Origin: Candidatus Latescibacterota bacterium
GTDB lineage: Bacteria; Latescibacterota; UBA2968; UBA8231
DNA length: 64,000 bases
Assembly: GCA_965248265.1 (NCBI GenBank)
Contig: CBDFJF010000001.1
Location: 2,720,001 to 2,784,000 of the forward strand
Reading direction: 5' to 3'
The notes under the pieces are model-generated. The model did no database searches. It was not told the origin of the DNA and saw nothing but the letters and a program-made list of their open reading frames with translations. Positions 45,757 through 55,307 of this stretch are shown in pieces (the stretch's first letter is position 1; each line of letters begins with the position of its first letter). The translations under genes were made by a program, and so were the position numbers.

Positions 45757-46635
45757 ATGTTCGAGTTCTACGCACTGGCCTGCGCCTTCCTTTGGTCCAT
45801 CAGCAGCTTCATTGTGCGCACGCAAGCCGCGACCATGACCCCTGCCCTCATGAACGCCATTCGGTGTTCCGCCGCCGGGATCGTGTTCTGGGTATTGCTA
45901 CCCTTTAACGCTTCGGCTGCCGATTTCGCTGCCGTTTCGCTGCCTCTTGGCGCGCTTCTGATAGGCTCCATCGTGGTAAATATAGTCCTCGGTGACACCC
46001 TCAGTTTGATGTCCATCCGCGCCATTGGCCTGTCCCGGTCGATGCCTCTGGCCAGCACATTTCCAGTCACCACCATCATTACCGAATACCTCTTGCTGGG
46101 AGAGGCTGCTGGACCGGATCTGATCATAGCGGCCGGTCTCATCGTATTGGGTACGTATTTTCTGTCCCGATCCAGGAAGGGAGCACAAGGCTCTGGAAAC
46201 CTGTCAGCACGGGAGTTGCGTCTTGGCGTCGGTTTCGCGCTGGGGGCATCGGTGATGTGGGGCCTCGGCACGGTCCTGCTGAAGCCGGTACTGGAGGAAG
46301 TGAGTATTCTCGTCACCAATTCCATTCGCATGCCGGCCGCCGTCGCCCTGCTGATCCTGGTGAGAATCATCCCCTCAGAACGCCGCCACCTGCACAAAAT
46401 AACCGCGCGAAGCGTGGTTTTCCTGGTGGCCAGCGGGCTGATCGGTATGGCACTGGGTTCGTACCTGTTCCTGGCGGCTCTCCAGGGACTCGAGGCGTCA
46501 AGGGTCGTGACCTTGTTGGCGGTCTCGCCACTGTTCGGCATGCTGCTGAGCGTGCTCTTTTTGAAAGAAAAGGTGGGACTGAGTGTGATCGCGGGTATGG
46601 TCTTGTGTTTCGCCGGCGTCGTGGTCGCGTTCTAG
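45757..46635 (+). CDS. DMT/EamA family transporter
   Basis: About 10 TM helices; AFLWS, IGLSRSMPL, SPLFGMLLSVLFLKEK. Confidence 0.9.
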   Translation: MFEFYALACAFLWSISSFIVRTQAATMTPALMNAIRCSAAGIVFWVLLPFNASAADFAAVSLPLGALLIGSIVVNIVLGDTLSLMSIRAIGLSRSMPLASTFPVTTIITEYLLLGEAAGPDLIIAAGLIVLGTYFLSRSRKGAQGSGNLSARELRLGVGFALGASVMWGLGTVLLKPVLEEVSILVTNSIRMPAAVALLILVRIIPSERRHLHKITARSVVFLVASGLIGMALGSYLFLAALQGLEASRVVTLLAVSPLFGMLLSVLFLKEKVGLSVIAGMVLCFAGVVVAF

Positions 46636-46659
46636 GCTGTCCTTCGTATTACATCCGTA

Positions 46660-47643
46660 TTACACCGTTTTGTAGCGGCAGGGCGAGCTCCCGGGATTCG
46701 CCTGGTTGATGATGCCGAAGCTCTCCATGCGCGCCAGATGTCCCGAAAAGATGTAACAGCATTCAATATTTGCCTGCTCCGGCCAATCGCCAAGCGCGGG
46801 GCCGACCTGCTCGCACAACTCCCGCATGGAGACACCATCGCTACCGGAGCGCTCGATCGCCTCTAGCAGCAAGCGGTCGGCCTGCTCGACCAGGGTTCGT
46901 GATTCGTCGCAGAACGTGGCGATCTCCTCCTGACCACGCGCCAGCGGCCAGTGACAGGTCGTGAACAGATCAAGGCCGAGATTTTCGATGAGTCGGATGG
47001 TATCCAGATAGGGTTCGACGTAGAGGTACGTCGGCGGCATCACAGCCTTGCCAGCGAGGTCCGGAATCGATGCGCCGTGAATAGCATCAGCCCCGTACAG
47101 GGCCTTGTTCTTCGGGTCCAGAATGGCCAGGTGCCCCCTGCTGTGTCCGGGTGTATGGATGAGCTCCACCTGCCAGTCGGGCGACAGCCGCAACCGCTCT
47201 CCACCGCGAAAGCTGATGTCCACTGGCTGTGGTTGACCAGCCGCATCCGCCATCCATGCTGTCACCGCCTCATCGTAGAACACGCCGTGGCGCTCACGAT
47301 AGGCGTCGTAGCGGCGACTCAACAAGGCATTGGGTGATTCCACCTGGTCGAGGTCCGCATGGCCACAACCCAGCATGGCCTGCGGGGCCGATTTCTTCAT
47401 ACCATGATTACCTCCCACATGATCCAGATCGCAGTGACTGATCACGATCCAGGAGAGATCTCCGGCGGCGAGACCGACCTCCGACAGGGCCGGCAGGATC
47501 AGTCCATCGACATCCGCGGCACAGCCAGTATCGAGAAGGACCGACGCATCTTCTCCGACGAGCAGAGTCAACCTCAACAGGCGGCCCCCTATCTCACCTT
47601 CGATGGTGTGAACACCTTCGAACAATGTGTTGGTCAATGACAT
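46660..47643 (-). CDS. Metallo-beta-lactamase-fold hydrolase
   Basis: LLDTG, ISHCDLDHVGG, HTPGHSRGH, GADA, TCHW; AGGAG RBS before ATG 47643. Confidence 0.9.
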   Translation of the reverse strand: MSLTNTLFEGVHTIEGEIGGRLLRLTLLVGEDASVLLDTGCAADVDGLILPALSEVGLAAGDLSWIVISHCDLDHVGGNHGMKKSAPQAMLGCGHADLDQVESPNALLSRRYDAYRERHGVFYDEAVTAWMADAAGQPQPVDISFRGGERLRLSPDWQVELIHTPGHSRGHLAILDPKNKALYGADAIHGASIPDLAGKAVMPPTYLYVEPYLDTIRLIENLGLDLFTTCHWPLARGQEEIATFCDESRTLVEQADRLLLEAIERSGSDGVSMRELCEQVGPALGDWPEQANIECCYIFSGHLARMESFGIINQANPGSSPCRYKTV

Positions 47644-47720
47644 TACTAAACTCTCCTGTAACAAGCTGCGGAGGAACGGTTCCGCCGCCGTGATTGTCTG
47701 CCACCGTTATGATTGTTGTT

Positions 47721-48779
47721 TCAGATAAACGGGGATCTGGCCGGCAGTTCGTCCTCTATTCCCGGCATGCCCAGCTCTTCCAGCACCAACCGGCGAATCT
47801 GCGTCAACTCCTGTTGCCCTTGCGGCACCAGAGTCGGTAACAACAGCCGTGGCATGTGATTGCGTAGCCATTGGTCCACGAATTCAACAGGTACCTCGAG
47901 TCGCCGGCACGGCCACACCATCTTGTCCGCCACCAGACGCGTGCGTTCCATCAGGCCAAAGCTGGACACCGGTTGTTCGTTCATGGCCGATCGCGCCACT
48001 ACGGCCAGGCGCGCTCCACCCAGGATCGCTTCCACCGACATGACCGCCTCGCAGCCGTGGCGAAAGTAGGCATCCTCGCTGACACCACAAAAATGCGGTT
48101 GCTCGGCGAACACGGCCTGTGCTGTCGAACGGCTGAAGAGCTTGAACCCCGAATGAAAATCGGGGAACTCCTCGATGGCGGTCGTGTACTCGAGCGCCAG
48201 CGGCTTTGCGCGGATCGCGGCATCGAAGTGCAACGCATCCAGCAACACGCGGTCGGCGATCTCCTCCATCTCACCCCGCAGGAATCCGAGAGGCCGGTGA
48301 CGTGACCGCCGGCTCCCGAGGACGAAGACCTCGGCATCCTGTTCCTGTGCTCTCAGCAGCAGAGCACACCGCAACATGGTCTGGAGCTCGTACGGAAAGT
48401 GATCACCATCGGCGTCGACGACAGCGAAGTACTGCAACTGGGACTGCAACAGGGGCCGCGACAGCAAGTGTTGCATGCCGTGACGCAGTGCCCACAGCTT
48501 GCCTCGATTGGAATCGGCGACGATGACGCTGACGCCGAGCCTGGCGCCGAGGTCGGCGGCGACGTCAGCGCCGTGCTGCTCGCCGTCGACGCTCAAGCAA
48601 ACGCTCTCAGGGCTGCCGACGCTCTCCAGACACGAGTGCACGGTGTCCCGTAGCAATTCCACCGCGATGTCATCTCTACCCCCTTCGCTATCCGGAAAGA
48701 AAACGGGAATAACAATGCCCGTTTCTGCGTTGAGGGCTGCTGCTCCCGCTGTGGCGGATCCTGTCAGCTCATTGGACAT
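47721..48779 (-). CDS. GT-A fold glycosyltransferase (family 2-like), divergent
   Basis: IVIPVF, SVDG, NRGKLWALRHG, VVDADGDH, VLGSR, DFHSGFKLFSR. Confidence 0.8.
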   Translation of the reverse strand: MSNELTGSATAGAAALNAETGIVIPVFFPDSEGGRDDIAVELLRDTVHSCLESVGSPESVCLSVDGEQHGADVAADLGARLGVSVIVADSNRGKLWALRHGMQHLLSRPLLQSQLQYFAVVDADGDHFPYELQTMLRCALLLRAQEQDAEVFVLGSRRSRHRPLGFLRGEMEEIADRVLLDALHFDAAIRAKPLALEYTTAIEEFPDFHSGFKLFSRSTAQAVFAEQPHFCGVSEDAYFRHGCEAVMSVEAILGGARLAVVARSAMNEQPVSSFGLMERTRLVADKMVWPCRRLEVPVEFVDQWLRNHMPRLLLPTLVPQGQQELTQIRRLVLEELGMPGIEDELPARSPFI

Positions 48780-48900
48780 GACGTCTCCGGAAATAGTCAG
48801 GGGCCAACACTTTTGGTTGACGGTCCCTCCGGCAAACCTTATTTATTCGATTGTGACCGACGTTATCGTCTAACACCGATTTCCTACCCTGTGTCGAGCC

Positions 48901-49647
48901 TTGTCAGAATCAGCAAAAGCTGCAGATCAAAACGTTGACCTGAGCACTGAGGGTCCAATTCTGATCGTCGACGACGATCCGGCCCTGCTGCGGCTGTGTG
49001 ATCGGGTCCTGTCTACCAAAGGCTATTCCGTGCGCACCGCCGGCAATGGAGAAGAGGCGTTGCGTATGGTGGATGAGGAGGAATTCCGCGTCGTCCTGCT
49101 CGACCTCAAGATGCCGGGAATGGACGGCATTCAAGTCCTGGCGCGGCTCAAATCAGTCGGCTGCCGCGCCGACGTCGTCATGGTCACGGGATACGGAAAC
49201 GTGCCAACGGCGGTGGAGGCGATGAAAATGGGCGCCTCCGACTTCATCGAAAAACCGTTCAAACCGGATGATCTCCGAGCGATGATCGAGGACATCCTGC
49301 TGCGTCGGCTCCGCGACAGCGACCTCTTCGACGACCCGGTCGTCGCCTACATTCAACAGCACGCAACCGAGATCAGCTCCCGAAAGGATGTTGCCATGCG
49401 GCTGGGCGTCAGTCTCGAACGCGTTTCCAGTCATGTTCAGGAAGCCACCAGTCAGTCATTCCGTCAGTTCCTGCATTCCTGTCGACTTGACCTGGCCAAG
49501 AAACTACTGGAGACGACGCAACTCGATATTTCCGAGATCTCCGAACGCACCGGCTTCCAGACCGTACAGCACTTCAGCCGCGTCTTCAGCCGGCGCTCCG
49601 GTATTTCGCCGAAAAACTACCGCCTGCAGGCACGCGCCCAGAACTGA
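48901..49647 (+). CDS. Response regulator (receiver plus AraC-type HTH)
   Basis: ILIVDDD, LLDLKMPGMDG, TGYG, FIEKPF; RLDLAKKLL...ISEIS..TGF....FSRVF...GISPKNYR. Confidence 0.93.
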   Translation: MSESAKAADQNVDLSTEGPILIVDDDPALLRLCDRVLSTKGYSVRTAGNGEEALRMVDEEEFRVVLLDLKMPGMDGIQVLARLKSVGCRADVVMVTGYGNVPTAVEAMKMGASDFIEKPFKPDDLRAMIEDILLRRLRDSDLFDDPVVAYIQQHATEISSRKDVAMRLGVSLERVSSHVQEATSQSFRQFLHSCRLDLAKKLLETTQLDISEISERTGFQTVQHFSRVFSRRSGISPKNYRLQARAQN

Positions 49648-49653
49648 TTCCGC

Positions 49654-51243
49654 CTACCCAACGTCCTCCTGCGTCCAGCTGCCGTCGATCGAACGCCACA
49701 TGCCACCCGGATTGGCATCGCGGAGCGACGCTGGCAGGCGATGATCACGAACTCCATCGAAACACTGCAGCATGGCGAAGCGCAACATCGACGCCGGGAT
49801 GCCGACGGCCGTGAAGCCGGGATGTCCGGTCGCCGGGTACGGCCCTCCGTGATTCATCGCGGGGGTCACAGCAACCCCGGTAGGCATCTTATCGTTCAAC
49901 AAACGACCTACCTTGCGTCGCAGAATGGGCACGATGGTCTCATACGCCGCTTCGTCGTCGCTGCCTGAGTGGCTGTAGACGGCGCCGGTCAGATTACCCT
50001 CAAAATGGCGTGTCACCTGCGCGGCCTGTTCGATGTTCTCAGCAACAACGAGAAGCGACTCATTGCCGAATGCTTCCGTTTGCAGCGCTTCCGGATTGCT
50101 GAGGAACTGGTCTCCACTAACCTGCAGCAAGGTGTTTTGAAAACTGTAGCCGTTGCCACCGCCGGCCCCGCCGCCGGTAACCAAATCGGCGCCGGCTTGC
50201 TGCAACGAATCAACACTTTGCTGCAACCCCGATAGGACACTCGACCCCAACAGCGTACCCACAGGAGCTTCCTGAAATTTCGTCTTCGCCGCTTCTATGA
50301 AGGCGTCGGCCTCATCGCCTTTGAGCAACAGGATCACGCCGGGGTTGGTGCAGAACTGACCCGTACCCATCAAACAGGACGTCTGGAAATCCCCAGCAAT
50401 TTCCTCACCGCGCTCGCGCAGTGCGCCCGGCAGGATAACGACGGGGTTGATGCTGCTGAGCTCCAGATAGATCGGCTTGCCGGCACGGTCAGCGGCTTCT
50501 TTGAGTACAAGACCTGCGTTGCGGGAACCGGTGTACCCGGTCGCCGCGATGGCCGGGTGCGAAACCAGGGTCTTTCCGACCTCGTGGTCGGTACGGTAGA
50601 TCATCTGAACCGCCGCCTTTGGCAGCCCGCAGGCGGTGACCGCCTCCAAGGCCTCCTCTGCTAGAACCCGGGTGGTGCCCGGGTGGGAGGAATTGGCCTT
50701 GGCGATGACGGGGTTTCCGGCCGCGATGGCCGCAGCGAAATCTCCACCGGCAGCGCCGTTGAAGGCGAACGGAAAGTTGTTGGGCCCAAACACGGCCACG
50801 CCCCCGCCAAGTGGCCCGTAGACGGATCGAATACCTGCGGCCATGTCGATGGTCGCCAGCGACCACGAACGCTCGCGCGCCGCCGCCGCCGCCTGCCGCA
50901 GCTGGCCTGTCGTGCGCGGCAGCTCGATGTCGTCCAGGCGCGGCGAGGCCGGTAATGCGGTCTCGCGGTTGGCAATTTCAACGAGTTCGGTTCGCCGTGC
51001 TTCAATGCGATCGGCGTACGCCTCCAGGAAATCGGCGACGCCGTCCGGGTAGTGCCGCTCCAACTCCTCGGCCGCTCCCGCCGCCGCCTCGACGGCCTCA
51101 ACCACTTCACTTTCACTGCTGACAGGGTATTCCTCACCCGTCGGTGCCATCTTGCCCGGATCGTCCGGTGCGAATGAGCCATCCGCGTTGGAATCGCGCC
51201 ACACGCCATCGATGAGTACGGGTGCTGGTTTTGCCATCTGCAT
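49654..51243 (-). CDS. NADP+-dependent aldehyde dehydrogenase (alpha-ketoglutarate-semialdehyde dehydrogenase-like)
   Basis: FGPNNFPFAF, GGDFAAAIAAG, YTGS, ELSSINP, GQFCTNPG, EAFG, MNHGGPYPAT. Confidence 0.92.
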   Translation of the reverse strand: MQMAKPAPVLIDGVWRDSNADGSFAPDDPGKMAPTGEEYPVSSESEVVEAVEAAAGAAEELERHYPDGVADFLEAYADRIEARRTELVEIANRETALPASPRLDDIELPRTTGQLRQAAAAARERSWSLATIDMAAGIRSVYGPLGGGVAVFGPNNFPFAFNGAAGGDFAAAIAAGNPVIAKANSSHPGTTRVLAEEALEAVTACGLPKAAVQMIYRTDHEVGKTLVSHPAIAATGYTGSRNAGLVLKEAADRAGKPIYLELSSINPVVILPGALRERGEEIAGDFQTSCLMGTGQFCTNPGVILLLKGDEADAFIEAAKTKFQEAPVGTLLGSSVLSGLQQSVDSLQQAGADLVTGGGAGGGNGYSFQNTLLQVSGDQFLSNPEALQTEAFGNESLLVVAENIEQAAQVTRHFEGNLTGAVYSHSGSDDEAAYETIVPILRRKVGRLLNDKMPTGVAVTPAMNHGGPYPATGHPGFTAVGIPASMLRFAMLQCFDGVRDHRLPASLRDANPGGMWRSIDGSWTQEDVG

Positions 51244-51273
51244 TTCTCCTGTATGCGTAAGAAGAGGCAGAAG

Positions 51274-52842
51274 TTACGGACTGGGCCGATCCGGCTCCAG
51301 CCTTGCCGGTCTCCAGTCTGGTGTGCCGAGTCGGTCGAGCACTGCCCGGTACAGCACCCAGGCATGGCTTGGGTTGGGGCCACCCTCAGCACCTGCTGCC
51401 GCCGGCACCCGGTTAGTCTTGTCATCAGCCGGCCAGCTCAATACGGACAGCGGGTACCTCCTGGGAGACGAACCGCTCATACATGCAGGCTCGTAGCATT
51501 CATACACGTACACGAGATGGAGATCAACAATGTGATCCACTTCAGGAGCGGTCTGGTTGCGCCAGAGCAGGAACCGCAGGTAGGTGTGCTGAGGTCCGTC
51601 TTGATAAGGGGCTTGCGACCAGTAGTGGCCGCGCAGACCGTGATGCGCTCCCTTCCTGGGAAAGGGCGCTTCCAAGGTCGGCGCTTCTCCGGTAATGAGA
51701 TCGATCGCGCTGCCGTCCTGCCGATGCCCCAACGCCACCCACCAACCGCCGTGGCGGGCCGGTTCGGGGGCGTACATCGCCCACGAGCTCTCCACCCCCA
51801 ACAGGTACTTCAGTCTGAGCACCCATGTTGCCCCCGGATAGGGCATGCGCAGATCAGCGTCTAGCGCCCGTAGTCGGTTGCCTTCGATGTTGACGACAAA
51901 ACACAGACCGAAGAAAGCTATCAACAGGTACTGCCTGGCTCGGCCGCAGGAGGCGAGTGATGCAACGCCCTGCGAACTTTCTTCCCTCTGCTCGATAACC
52001 GCGTGCGCCCTTCGGCCAGTCATTCGCCTGGCCATCTGCTTCCAGAAAGCAGCCGGCAACAGCGCCGTGGCCGCTGCCACCATGGTTGGGGGAAAACTGC
52101 CAATGTCCATCAACAACCACATGGCCCCATGCACGCCGGCGAGGGCCAGGACACACACCGTGCGCAGGAGTGATCGCTTCCATGGGCTGAGCAAGAGCAA
52201 GGGGATGACCCATTCTACCGCCATGACGGCGTGCGTGGCGGTGCGAAAGAAGGCCTCCGGGAGATGGGCCAGCGCCCAGACACCGGTAGGTGACCGGGCG
52301 GAGAAATCCATCAACGCAAGGCGAACGGCGCTGCCCTCAGACCACCAGGCGGCGCCGTCCTTGAATGCCGCCGTGTTCAGGTAGAGCCAGGCCAGCGTCA
52401 GCACAAACCCGCACCCGGCAACAACCTGGGCCGGAGTCCGTCGCACTGGGTTGGCGGTAGCCGCGAGCGACGCGTCGATGGAAAATCGCTGACCTAACGG
52501 AAGGGCCAGGCTCCACAGAAGCAGATTGACGATGACGGCATCGTGGTAGTCCAGCGTGTTTCTGGCGGCGTATTGATGTCCGCTACTGATCAGCCACACG
52601 GCCAGTGTGCACCACCCTGTTCGGTAGCCGAGCAGGAATCCGATGGTGCAGGCTGCGTAGAGACCGAAGATGAGCTGAAGGATGGTCTCGTCCGAAAATC
52701 CGATCCAGTTCGGCAGCGGCAGGCCATCGTAGTACCCCTGCAGGCCGGCCCAGTCATCTATCAGGCTCCAGCTCTGGTTGATGTCGTACAGAACGACGCA
52801 CGCCAAAAGCACCCGAAAGCAAGCCAGGGAGCGGAGATCCAA
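51274..52842 (-). CDS. HTTM-domain membrane protein (vitamin-K-carboxylase/LMF-like); start uncertain
   Basis: DLRSLACFR, LGYRT, LPLG.RFSIDA, K.G..W..GSAV, WAMYAPEP. Confidence 0.8.
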   Translation of the reverse strand: MDLRSLACFRVLLACVVLYDINQSWSLIDDWAGLQGYYDGLPLPNWIGFSDETILQLIFGLYAACTIGFLLGYRTGWCTLAVWLISSGHQYAARNTLDYHDAVIVNLLLWSLALPLGQRFSIDASLAATANPVRRTPAQVVAGCGFVLTLAWLYLNTAAFKDGAAWWSEGSAVRLALMDFSARSPTGVWALAHLPEAFFRTATHAVMAVEWVIPLLLLSPWKRSLLRTVCVLALAGVHGAMWLLMDIGSFPPTMVAAATALLPAAFWKQMARRMTGRRAHAVIEQREESSQGVASLASCGRARQYLLIAFFGLCFVVNIEGNRLRALDADLRMPYPGATWVLRLKYLLGVESSWAMYAPEPARHGGWWVALGHRQDGSAIDLITGEAPTLEAPFPRKGAHHGLRGHYWSQAPYQDGPQHTYLRFLLWRNQTAPEVDHIVDLHLVYVYECYEPACMSGSSPRRYPLSVLSWPADDKTNRVPAAAGAEGGPNPSHAWVLYRAVLDRLGTPDWRPARLEPDRPSP

Positions 52843-52895
52843 CCAGCCTAGCTGAGAAAGGTATTTGCCGATCGGGATGGGTGGGTGGGTACTCG

Positions 52896-53573
52896 CTACT
52901 CGAATTGTTGCTTGAAGGTTTCGAGTTGCGCGCGTATTTGTGCAACCTCGTCTCGCAACTCCTGGAAGGCGGACTCGAGGCGGTCGAGACGCTCGTTTTC
53001 GGCCTGGACAGCCACGCGCGCCGGCTCGGGACCAGGTCCCTGGTCATCGGCGAGTTCGTCATCGGGCGGCTCGGGTTCCCCCGCAAAGAGGTGCACGTAG
53101 CGCGACTCCTTGCGCCCGGGTTGCCGCGGCAACTGGGTCACCGCCCGACCGGATGCGCGCTCCGTGAGATCACCCAGTACCGTTTCGACGGCGCTCAGTT
53201 CGGGAAACTCGAACATTCGATTGGCCCTGCCGCGCAATTCGCCTACTGTCTGTGGACCTCTGAGCATCAATTCACAGAGGATAGCTATCTGCGCTGGGGA
53301 CAGATCTTCACATTCGTCGAATCGGTGGTAGTACTTCGGCACCCGTATGTCAGCGCCGCTGACAACTCGAGTGAGCTCCTTTTCACGCAGTGAGTCCAGG
53401 GCCCGTACAACGATTTTTTCATCCAGCTCGAGCACCGGATCGCGATTTGATTTTTGATTGCAGGCGGCGGTGAGGGCATTGAGTGTGAGGGGATAGTAGT
53501 CCGGCGTGGTGATGCTCTTTTCGATCAGACACCCCAGAACCCGCTCCTCGATCTTGTCCAGTTCATATCTCAT
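52896..53573 (-). CDS. yceH: YceH / DUF480 family protein
   Basis: RVLGCLIEK..TTPDYYPLTLNAL..ACNQKSNRDPV, LRGPQTVGELRGR, PGRKESRYVHL. Confidence 0.93.
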   Translation of the reverse strand: MRYELDKIEERVLGCLIEKSITTPDYYPLTLNALTAACNQKSNRDPVLELDEKIVVRALDSLREKELTRVVSGADIRVPKYYHRFDECEDLSPAQIAILCELMLRGPQTVGELRGRANRMFEFPELSAVETVLGDLTERASGRAVTQLPRQPGRKESRYVHLFAGEPEPPDDELADDQGPGPEPARVAVQAENERLDRLESAFQELRDEVAQIRAQLETFKQQFE

Positions 53574-53668
53574 ATTCTGCTGCCACCAGCGGTCTGTGAC
53601 GCAACCGCAACATGTTGTATGTATCCTGTGATAGGCAAGGTATCCGCCCCCTTTAATAATCGCAACCG

Positions 53669-54805
53669 ATGACCCCAGAGACTAACCCTTCCCCCACAAC
53701 CAACGCTCTGACCTGGCTGCGGGGAGACATGCACAACCACTGCGAACGGCCGGAATTGATCGAAGAGCATCTGTCCGGTGGCGTCGAGCGTCTCGATTTT
53801 GTCGCTCTCACCAACCATGCCCAGAAACCGATTTTCTTCGAACAGCATGAGATGATCGCCCGTGGCCGCGAGCTCTACCCTGATTTTCCGCTTTTTTTTG
53901 GCATGGAGTGGAACGCTGCCGGCGGCCGGCACGCCAACATCCTGTTTTCGCCTTCCGCCGATGAGTCGGCGCACGCGTACGCGCTGTCGAGGGCCTATGA
54001 CCGGCACGTGGAGGGCAGCAATCCTGATATTGCCGGAGCCCTGAAACAACTCTCGGAGATTGACCAGCCTCCCATCCTCTTCTTCAACCATCCCCAACCG
54101 GGTGATTGGTCAACGGAGGTGGTGGACGAGTACCTCGGCTGCCCTGTTCCAGTACGAATCGTTGCCGGCCTGGAAGCCGTTCACGGACACCAGGCGCAGC
54201 CGCGAGGTGTCAGGCTGGACCACGACCACTACCCTGGATGCGCCGTCGGCGGCCTGGCGGACCACGTGTACGAAAAGGGAATGCCGCTGGCGCTGCTGGC
54301 ACACTCGGACTTTCATGTGCACAAGCAGGCGAAGGCGTACGACTATCCTCTCGGGGTTTTCAGCCACACTCGAGTTGGGGTAAGCGGGAGCTCCTTCGAA
54401 GCGGAGGACATTCTCGCTGCCATCCGTGCCGGCCGCACCTGCGCCTGTCTTGGTCATTGGCTGGATCTTGCTGACTTCTCCATATCAGCTTCCGGAGACG
54501 GTGTACCAGCCTTGATTGGCGATCGCTGGTCCAGCTCCGTCACGGCCGACCTGACCATTTCACTGAACGCGTCTGAGGCGTTGCAATCCGTGGATCTGAT
54601 CGGCCGCCTCAGCAGTGACGTGACTACGTCCATCATCAAGCGCTTCGGCACGCAGCCGGTTGGGGTCACGAACCTGATTTTTAAGATTCCACCAGGAGCT
54701 CACGGACACGTGCGCCTGCGGGTGATCTCTCAGAGTCACGATCGGCCGGCGCCCGGACAAACAGCTCCCAAGGCGTTCTTTACCTCGGCCATCTTGCTGG
54801 GTTGA
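53669..54805 (+). CDS. PHP-domain metallohydrolase
   Basis: WLRGDMHNH, DFVALTNH, GMEW, FNHP, HSDFH, ILAAIRAGR. Confidence 0.85.
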   Translation: MTPETNPSPTTNALTWLRGDMHNHCERPELIEEHLSGGVERLDFVALTNHAQKPIFFEQHEMIARGRELYPDFPLFFGMEWNAAGGRHANILFSPSADESAHAYALSRAYDRHVEGSNPDIAGALKQLSEIDQPPILFFNHPQPGDWSTEVVDEYLGCPVPVRIVAGLEAVHGHQAQPRGVRLDHDHYPGCAVGGLADHVYEKGMPLALLAHSDFHVHKQAKAYDYPLGVFSHTRVGVSGSSFEAEDILAAIRAGRTCACLGHWLDLADFSISASGDGVPALIGDRWSSSVTADLTISLNASEALQSVDLIGRLSSDVTTSIIKRFGTQPVGVTNLIFKIPPGAHGHVRLRVISQSHDRPAPGQTAPKAFFTSAILLG

Positions 54806-54842
54806 GGGTCACGACGGTTTCAACGCTGTGGGTTTCAGCACC

Positions 54843-54873
54843 ACCGTTTCAGTACTACCGTTTCAGTACTACC
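54843..54873. repeat. 14-bp tandem duplication (ACCGTTTCAGTACT x2) across the Smr stop codon, with two decayed upstream copies
   Basis: GTTTCA cores at 54817, 54832, 54846 and 54860. Confidence 0.8.
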
Positions 54874-55175
54874 AATGTCGCACCCCAACCGCCACCGCCT
54901 TCTCCCGCCTGGGTGAAGGACTCAACTTCATCGAGCCGTTCCAGAATCGCCTGCACGGACCGGCGCAGTACTCCCTTACCTTTGCCGTGAACGATGCGGA
55001 CATTAAAAATTCCGCGTTGGCGACACTCACCCAGATAATCCGGAATCAGCGTCTTGAGATCCTTGGGACTGAAGGTGTGCAGATCCAGCGTGCCGTCGAT
55101 GGGCATTTCGACCGCGGCGAATTCGTCATCTTCCTCATTATCCAAACGCCGGGGCGGATCCTCCGTTTGCACCAC
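54855..55175 (-). CDS. Stand-alone Smr/MutS2 C-terminal domain protein
   Basis: LDLHTF, RIVHGKGKGVLRRSV, GGWGATLVVL. Confidence 0.92.
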   Translation of the reverse strand: MVQTEDPPRRLDNEEDDEFAAVEMPIDGTLDLHTFSPKDLKTLIPDYLGECRQRGIFNVRIVHGKGKGVLRRSVQAILERLDEVESFTQAGEGGGGWGATLVVLKR

Positions 55176-55188
55176 TCATCCTTTCCAT

Positions 55189-55248
55189 TGGTGGCTCAAT
55201 TGTTGGAGGTCCAGCTTCTGGTGGCTCAATTGTTGGAGGTCCAGCTTC
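55189..55248. repeat. Exact 30-bp tandem duplication
   Basis: TGGTGGCTCAATTGTTGGAGGTCCAGCTTC x2, intergenic. Confidence 0.95.
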
Positions 55249-55307
55249 GCAACCCGAATCCACCGGCAGACCTGCATAACTTGAACCCTGACCGGCTCGC
55301 CCGGCCG

